The position numbers and the translations under genes are program-made. A stretch of DNA of 62,152 bases, counting the filler. It is 4 parts of 4 records of this genome, joined end to end, with 100 filler letters (N's around TTAATTAATTAA, not from the genome) between each part and the next. Parts side by side here need not be neighbours in the genome. Positions count along the whole stretch, not along the records: positions 48,276 to 62,152 come from SRR31156797_19652; 3 more parts are not named here. One strand, 5' to 3'. This document shows positions 56,667-62,152 of the stretch, piece by piece (position 1 is the first letter of the stretch; every line of letters begins with the position of its first letter). Under the pieces are notes generated by a model. That model saw only the letters and a program-made list of their open reading frames with translations. It made no database searches and had not been told where the DNA came from.

Positions 56667-59138
56667 TTATTCCAGTAATCCTTTTTTCTTTAAAAAGGCA
56701 AAATACTCATCGACAGTCGGCAAGACTCCTGTCAATGCACTGATTGCCGTCACCTCCGCAGAACCAAGAAATACCTGGGCGCCATCACCTAATCTATTAT
56801 TAAAATTTCGGGTTGAGGTAGAAACGACTGTTGCACCAGGCTTTACCCTTGCCTGGTTGCCCATGCACAGACTGCAACCTGGAATTTCCACCCTGGCTCC
56901 TACCTGGGCATACACATTGAGCCCGCCCTCTACCTGCAATTGATCGCGGTCCATACGGGTTGCCGGGGCAACCCAGGTCCTGCCAGAAGCATACGACTCC
57001 CCTGCAAACAATCTGGTGGCCGTCCGGTGGTGACCAAGATGGGTCATACATGAGCCAATAAAGGCCTCGTCCACTGCAGTTCCTGCAACCTCCTCAAGTA
57101 GGCGGACATCGTCCGGATCGTTGGGACAAGCAAGCAAGGGCTGGGTAACCTGCTCCAGGTCAATCTCAAGCACAATTTTATAATCGGCATGCTTATCTCT
57201 TGTCATCAGGCTCGGCTTTTCCAACCATCTCTCCAAGACTGCAAGCCGTCGATTAATAGCCTCTTGGGCCTGATACCCTTCACTGACCAGCTGCTTCAAC
57301 AGGGCCACGTTCTCCTCAACATTTTTAACCACTGCATCAAGGGGCATTGCCAGGGTACAGGCAGCAGCACTCCGTTCTGCAGAGGCATCGGCCAGCTCAA
57401 ATGCTTCCTCTACACATAAATCATCAACCCCTTCAATCTCCAGAATCGTTCCGGCAAAGACATTCTTCTTTCCTTTTTTATCTACCGTCAACAGCCCCTG
57501 CTGGATAGCCTGGTAAGGAATAGCATTAACCATGTCACGGACGGTAATCCCCGGCAATCGTTTACCATGGAAACGGACCAGCACTGACTCCGGCATTTCC
57601 AAGGGCATGAACCCGAGCGCTGCTGCAAAGGCAACCAGACCTGAACCAGCAGGAAAAGAGATGCCCAACGGGAATCGGGTGTGGGAATCCCCACCAGTAC
57701 CAACAGTGTCAGGGACAAGCATTTTGTTCAGCCAACTATGGATCACCCCATCACCGGGTTTGAGTGCCAGGCCGCCACACTCAATGGTTGTCTCCGTCAT
57801 CACCTGCCAGCGTTCTACATCAGAGGCTTTGGGATAGGCAGCTGTATGGCAAAAAGACTGCATAAACAAATCCGCTTTAAATTTCAAACATGCCAGTTCG
57901 GCGATTTCCTGCATGGTCATCGGACCAGTGGTATCCTGGGAACCAACAGTTGTCATCACCGGCTCACAGACAGTGCCAGGAAGAACACCGTCACAGCCAC
58001 AGGCATGGCCAATCATTTTTTGACCTAGTGTATACCCCTGCCCTTTAACCGGTTGAGGATTTTCAACCTCATTAAAAAAATCAGGAGGGGTGAGACCGAG
58101 TGCCTCACAGGCTGACTTGGTCAAATTACGACCAATAATAAGGTTCAATCGGCCACCAGCCCTGTACTCATCGAGCAGGGTAGCTGGTGCGGCCTTCATG
58201 GCTATACTCTGTCCATCTTCAGTCTGCATCGACCATTTCTGGAGATTAATCACCACTTCATCTCCAGTCTGCAGGCCAGTAACATCGCACTCAATGGGCA
58301 GCATTCCGGCATCACGTGCCGTGGCATAAAAAATAGGGGCAATAGTTCCGCCAAGGATTACGCCACCGCTCTTTTTATTGGGGAGAAAAGGGATTGCCTC
58401 ACCAATATGCCAGGCCATGGAATTAATGGCTGACTTTCTGGAGGATCCTGTCCCGACCACATCACCTGCAAAGCAGACCCGTCTTCCTTGAGCACGTATT
58501 GATTGAATGGTCTCCACCCCGTCTGCAAAACGAGCTTTACCAAAGTAAGTTGAATGCAGCGGAATATCAGCCCGTGACTGAGCCTGGTTACCGGGAGAAA
58601 AATCATCTGTATTTATTTCACCTTCCACCTTATAGACGGTCAAAGCCACTTCGTCGGGTAAGTCCGGACGGCAGGTAAACCAATCGGCTGCGGCCCACGA
58701 TTGCAACAGGTCAAGAGCATGACTGTTATCTTTTGAGAGAGTTACTATCTCTTGCAAGGCATCATAAATTTTGATCAACCCCTTCAGGGCTGCAGCGGCC
58801 TTTGCACTCGTATTATCAGCTTGGAGCAACCTGATTAACGCAGCGACGTTGTACCCCCCTTCCATAGATGCCAGCATATCGATGGCAGCATCAACTGACA
58901 GCTGACGGACAACAACACCCCCGCATGCAACCTGCTCTAACCAAGCAGCCTTTACCGCTGCAGCTTTACTGACTCCCGGCTCCACTCTCTGTGCAAGCAA
59001 TTCAACAAGAAAGGCGCTTTCCCCGTGATCCTTCATCAAAAACTCTATGACTGCCGCAACCTGATCCGGTGTCAGAGGAAGGGGTGGCAACCCCTTTTGC
59101 TGCCGTTCTTCTTCTGCTTCTTTATAACTTTCAAGCAT
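56667..59138 (-). CDS. acnB: Aconitate hydratase B
   Basis: HEAT-like N-terminus, NTDDFSP, GTGSSRKSA, GSQDTTGPM, GGDSHTRFP, FIGSCMT, PGCSLCMGNQ; ATG 59138 after GGGGAG. Confidence 0.95.
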   Translation of the reverse strand: MLESYKEAEEERQQKGLPPLPLTPDQVAAVIEFLMKDHGESAFLVELLAQRVEPGVSKAAAVKAAWLEQVACGGVVVRQLSVDAAIDMLASMEGGYNVAALIRLLQADNTSAKAAAALKGLIKIYDALQEIVTLSKDNSHALDLLQSWAAADWFTCRPDLPDEVALTVYKVEGEINTDDFSPGNQAQSRADIPLHSTYFGKARFADGVETIQSIRAQGRRVCFAGDVVGTGSSRKSAINSMAWHIGEAIPFLPNKKSGGVILGGTIAPIFYATARDAGMLPIECDVTGLQTGDEVVINLQKWSMQTEDGQSIAMKAAPATLLDEYRAGGRLNLIIGRNLTKSACEALGLTPPDFFNEVENPQPVKGQGYTLGQKMIGHACGCDGVLPGTVCEPVMTTVGSQDTTGPMTMQEIAELACLKFKADLFMQSFCHTAAYPKASDVERWQVMTETTIECGGLALKPGDGVIHSWLNKMLVPDTVGTGGDSHTRFPLGISFPAGSGLVAFAAALGFMPLEMPESVLVRFHGKRLPGITVRDMVNAIPYQAIQQGLLTVDKKGKKNVFAGTILEIEGVDDLCVEEAFELADASAERSAAACTLAMPLDAVVKNVEENVALLKQLVSEGYQAQEAINRRLAVLERWLEKPSLMTRDKHADYKIVLEIDLEQVTQPLLACPNDPDDVRLLEEVAGTAVDEAFIGSCMTHLGHHRTATRLFAGESYASGRTWVAPATRMDRDQLQVEGGLNVYAQVGARVEIPGCSLCMGNQARVKPGATVVSTSTRNFNNRLGDGAQVFLGSAEVTAISALTGVLPTVDEYFAFLKKKGLLE

Positions 59139-59390
59139 TGATTGCTCCCCATATTCAATTTCTTTAAATGCACGACGTGCTTTGTTTGTGATCCCCATTT
59201 ACCAAAAAAAGAAGTAATTCGCGTTGTTTTTTCATATTCCCCGCACCGGAATAGGCCATTGCAATTGACACCTACAAATTTTCCACGATGCAGAACGTTA
59301 TTTTTATTGCCCTTTTTCCTCATCGATATACGGTGGACAAGAATATTTTTCCAACACCACCTCCATTCACAGTCACGATACAGGTGCATC

Positions 59391-60590
59391 ATGCGCTCCC
59401 AAGACCAAGACAACACCTTAGGCCAGCCTTTTCAACTGGTAAAAGTACTCACCCTTTCTATTTGCCATTTTATTCATGATGCCTACTCCAGCTTCTTAGC
59501 CCCGCTCCTCCCCCTGTTGATTGAAAAGTTTTCCATGTCGCTTACACAGGCAGGATTCCTCACGACTGTCATGCAGATACCTGCCCTTATGAATCCCTAT
59601 TTGGGAATACTGGCCGATAAGGTTTGTGTCCGTTATTTTATAATAGTTGCCCCTGGGCTGACAGCAATAACCATGAGCCTCATTGGCGTCGCTCCAGGAT
59701 ACGCGAGCCTGGTGCTCCTTCTCTTTATCGCTGGCATTAGCGCAGCTCTTTTTCACGTTCCGGCACCTGTACTCATTTACCGTTTTGCCGGGCAGCACAA
59801 GGGTCTTGGCATGAGCTTTTATATGACCGGGGGTGAACTAGCCCGTACGGTCGGGCCACTGGTTGCTATTGGCGCAGTGTCCCTGGTAGGGCTAGAACGT
59901 ATCGCCCCTCTTATGATCATTGGCATCAGTGCTTCCGTGTTGCTTTTCTTCCGCCTCCATGATATGCCCCTGCCGCCACGTGCCAGCACCTCGCCCCCCT
60001 CCATGAGGGGCGCATGGAAAGAGTCACGCCATATCCTGAAGCCGCTATCCGGTATTCTAATTTTTCGCGGCTTCATGCATGCTTCAGGGGCGACCTTTCT
60101 ACCGACTTTTGTTAATCAAAACACAGGTAACCTGTGGTTGGCTGGAATCAGCCTCACCGTTTATGAGGCTGCCGGAGTTATCGGCGCACTCACCATCGGC
60201 CCGCTGAGCGACAAATTCGGCCGCCGTAACATGCTGCTCTTTTCCCTCCTGTCAGCCCCGCCTTTATTGTTCTCATTTACTCTCATAACAACAACCTGGC
60301 TCAAGTTCATTGCCCTCTTTGGATTAGGGTTCACCCTCCTCTCCACAACTCCGGTAATGTTAGCCATGGTTCAAGAACATGCGCATGATAATCCGGCAAC
60401 GGCCAACGGCTTTTTTATGATGCTCTCCTTTTTATCACGCTCAGCAGTAGTTGTAGCAGTTGGCGCCATTGCTGACTTTATCGGCCTTGGTCAAACCTTC
60501 CTTCTCAGTGCGGGATTGGGACTTGGTGCCATTCCTTTCATCCTGACCCTTCCTAAAAAGATTAAAGAAGAGCCTAACCTATCAATCTAG
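59391..60590 (+). CDS. MFS transporter (Fsr/fosmidomycin-resistance-like)
   Basis: HFIHDAY, PLLPLL, G.LADK, FH.PA, GGELAR..GP, GPLSDKFGRR; about 12 TM. Confidence 0.85.
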   Translation: MRSQDQDNTLGQPFQLVKVLTLSICHFIHDAYSSFLAPLLPLLIEKFSMSLTQAGFLTTVMQIPALMNPYLGILADKVCVRYFIIVAPGLTAITMSLIGVAPGYASLVLLLFIAGISAALFHVPAPVLIYRFAGQHKGLGMSFYMTGGELARTVGPLVAIGAVSLVGLERIAPLMIIGISASVLLFFRLHDMPLPPRASTSPPSMRGAWKESRHILKPLSGILIFRGFMHASGATFLPTFVNQNTGNLWLAGISLTVYEAAGVIGALTIGPLSDKFGRRNMLLFSLLSAPPLLFSFTLITTTWLKFIALFGLGFTLLSTTPVMLAMVQEHAHDNPATANGFFMMLSFLSRSAVVVAVGAIADFIGLGQTFLLSAGLGLGAIPFILTLPKKIKEEPNLSI

Positions 60591-60707
60591 CGACAAAAAT
60601 AACATTTCAAACAATTTCCTTTACAAACATATTTTTTAAGACTAATGTGTAATGTTTTCTTGACAAAAATATAGTTCATAGCACCAAAAGACTTGCTTAT
60701 ATCAAAG

Positions 60708-60808
60708 TAGGCAGATGGTGTTTTTCAGGGTTTTCTCCTAACCCTGCAGACCTTTTTTAGGCAGATGAAACAAGGAGTTGCAGGCATACTGTGACTCCTT
60801 TTTTATTT
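60708..60808 (+). promoter_or_regulatory. fusA leader: two TAGGCAGATG repeats, two uORFs and a terminator-like hairpin
   Basis: Repeats at 60708 and 60758; uORFs 60715-60741 and 60765-60794; AAGGAGTTGCAG/CTGTGACTCCTT plus T-run. Confidence 0.45.
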
Positions 60809-60867
60809 AACTGTTAAATTCATCAGAATGATCTGGCGGCCTGAAAGCAGCAACCGAGGACGGCGTA

Positions 60868-62152
60868 ATGAAAAAAGATTTAAGCAAGGTACGTAACATA
60901 GGCATCAGTGCCCATATTGACTCAGGAAAGACAACCCTGACCGAGCGTGTACTGTTTTACACCCAGCGAATCCATGCTATCCATGAAGTACGTGGCAAGG
61001 ATGGCGTCGGTGCCACCATGGACTCCATGGAGCTGGAAAAAGAACGTGGTATCACCATTCAGTCCGCAGCAACATACTGCAGCTGGAAAGATCACGATAT
61101 CAACATCATCGACACCCCTGGTCACGTTGACTTCACCATTGAAGTGGAAAGAGCCTTGCGGGTACTTGACGGCGCAGTCCTGATCCTTTGTTCAGTTGGT
61201 GGCGTACAGTCTCAGTCCATCACAGTAAACCGCCAGATGACCCGCTACAAGGTACCGCGCGTTGCCTTTATTAACAAATGTGACCGTACCGGTGCAAATC
61301 CGTACAGAGTTACCGGCCAACTTCGAGACAAGCTTGCGTTAAATGCTGTTATGATGCAGCTGCCGATCGGTTTGGAAAATGACATGGAAGGGGTCATTGA
61401 CCTGGTAACCATGAAAGCCGTTTATTTTGACGGTGACCAGGGAGAGAACATCCGTATTGAGGAAATCCCTGCCAACCTGAAAGATGACGCCGAGGAAAAA
61501 CGTGAAGAATTGCTCGATGCAGTTTCCATGTTTTCCGATGAGCTTATGGAAGCAATGCTCGAAGAGGAAGCGATTCCCGAAGAGATGATCCACGATGCCA
61601 TTCGCAAAGGGACATTGTCGTTGGAACTCACCCCTGTCCTTATCGGGTCTGCATACAAAAATAAAGGGGTACAACTACTCCTGGATGCAGTTAACGGCTA
61701 CCTGCCTTGTCCAACCGACGTTGAGAACATTGCCCTTGATCTCGACAACGATGAAAAGGAAAATCCGGTATCCAATGACCCTGACGACAAAATGGTATCC
61801 CTGGCATTTAAACTCGAAGACGGGCGCTACGGCCAGCTTACCTACATCCGGACCTACCAGGGTACAATCAGGAAAGGCGACACCATGATCAATAGCCGTA
61901 CCGGCAAGAAGGTCAAAATCGGCCGCCTGGTACGTATGCATGCTGACGAGATGGAAGAAATCGAAAGCGCTGGTTCCGGTGACATTATTGCCTTGTTCGG
62001 CATTGACTGTGCCTCCGGCGACACGTTCTGCAGCGACGGACTCAACTGGTCTATGAGTTCCATGCATGTACCTGCTCCTGTTATCTCACTGGCAATCAAT
62101 CCAGTTGACAACAAAGCACAGGTCAACATGTCCAAGGCCCTCAACCGGTTCA
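60868..62152 (+). CDS. fusA: Elongation factor G (spirochaete/delta-proteobacterial, mitochondrial EF-G1-like), 3' end truncated
   Basis: Missing from the ORF track because it has no stop. Reads [83 protein letters not shown]. Confidence 0.93.
   Translation, partial: MKKDLSKVRNIGISAHIDSGKTTLTERVLFYTQRIHAIHEVRGKDGVGATMDSMELEKERGITIQSAATYCSWKDHDINIIDTPGHVDFTIEVERALRVLDGAVLILCSVGGVQSQSITVNRQMTRYKVPRVAFINKCDRTGANPYRVTGQLRDKLALNAVMMQLPIGLENDMEGVIDLVTMKAVYFDGDQGENIRIEEIPANLKDDAEEKREELLDAVSMFSDELMEAMLEEEAIPEEMIHDAIRKGTLSLELTPVLIGSAYKNKGVQLLLDAVNGYLPCPTDVENIALDLDNDEKENPVSNDPDDKMVSLAFKLEDGRYGQLTYIRTYQGTIRKGDTMINSRTGKKVKIGRLVRMHADEMEEIESAGSGDIIALFGIDCASGDTFCSDGLNWSMSSMHVPAPVISLAINPVDNKAQVNMSKALNRF

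Noticed and set aside
60708..60800. Fluoride riboswitch suggested by GGCAGATGGTGTT and TGACTCCT
   Set aside because: No GGYGAT/TCRCC P1 pairing, and the downstream gene does not fit.
1..62152. CRISPR arrays, tRNA/rRNA genes, integrases, transposases and defence genes
   Set aside because: None recognised by eye; a small RNA gene could still be missed without covariance-model searches.

Overview
This window is not one continuous locus. It is four contigs joined by three identical 100-bp spacers (44 N + TTAATTAATTAA + 44 N), and the contigs look like different organisms. (1) 1-27238 is Vibrio-like and mostly ordinary: ygiD, LysRs, ynjBCD/F, a second hisC plus an amino-acid binding protein frameshifted just after its start codon, a SlyA-HlyD-DUF2955 operon with clear CRP and SlyA boxes, a CitAB-like system with a DASS transporter, nhaD, ada-alkA/ogt, doxX and hdfR. 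(2) 27339-40031 resembles Desulfobacterales: a hybrid kinase, a LiuR-led acyl-CoA carboxylase operon ending in a decayed acyl-CoA dehydrogenase, a highly structured non-coding region, a TPR-capped non-pyrrolysine MttB-family protein and a CCG Fe-S protein. (3) 40132-48175 resembles Clostridia: a catabolic operon of SDR, sugar ABC transporter, Zn-ADH, lpdA and TPP E1-alpha. (4) 48276-62152 resembles Desulfobulbales: rubrerythrin, tpx, Lrp-gcvTHPaPb-lipBA, acnB, an MFS transporter and a stand-alone mitochondrial-like EF-G behind a tandem uORF/hairpin leader. The best leads are the structured region at 36455-36976, the TPR-MttB protein, the fusA leader and the contig-3 operon. Taxon and family calls come from motif recognition only; no searches were run.
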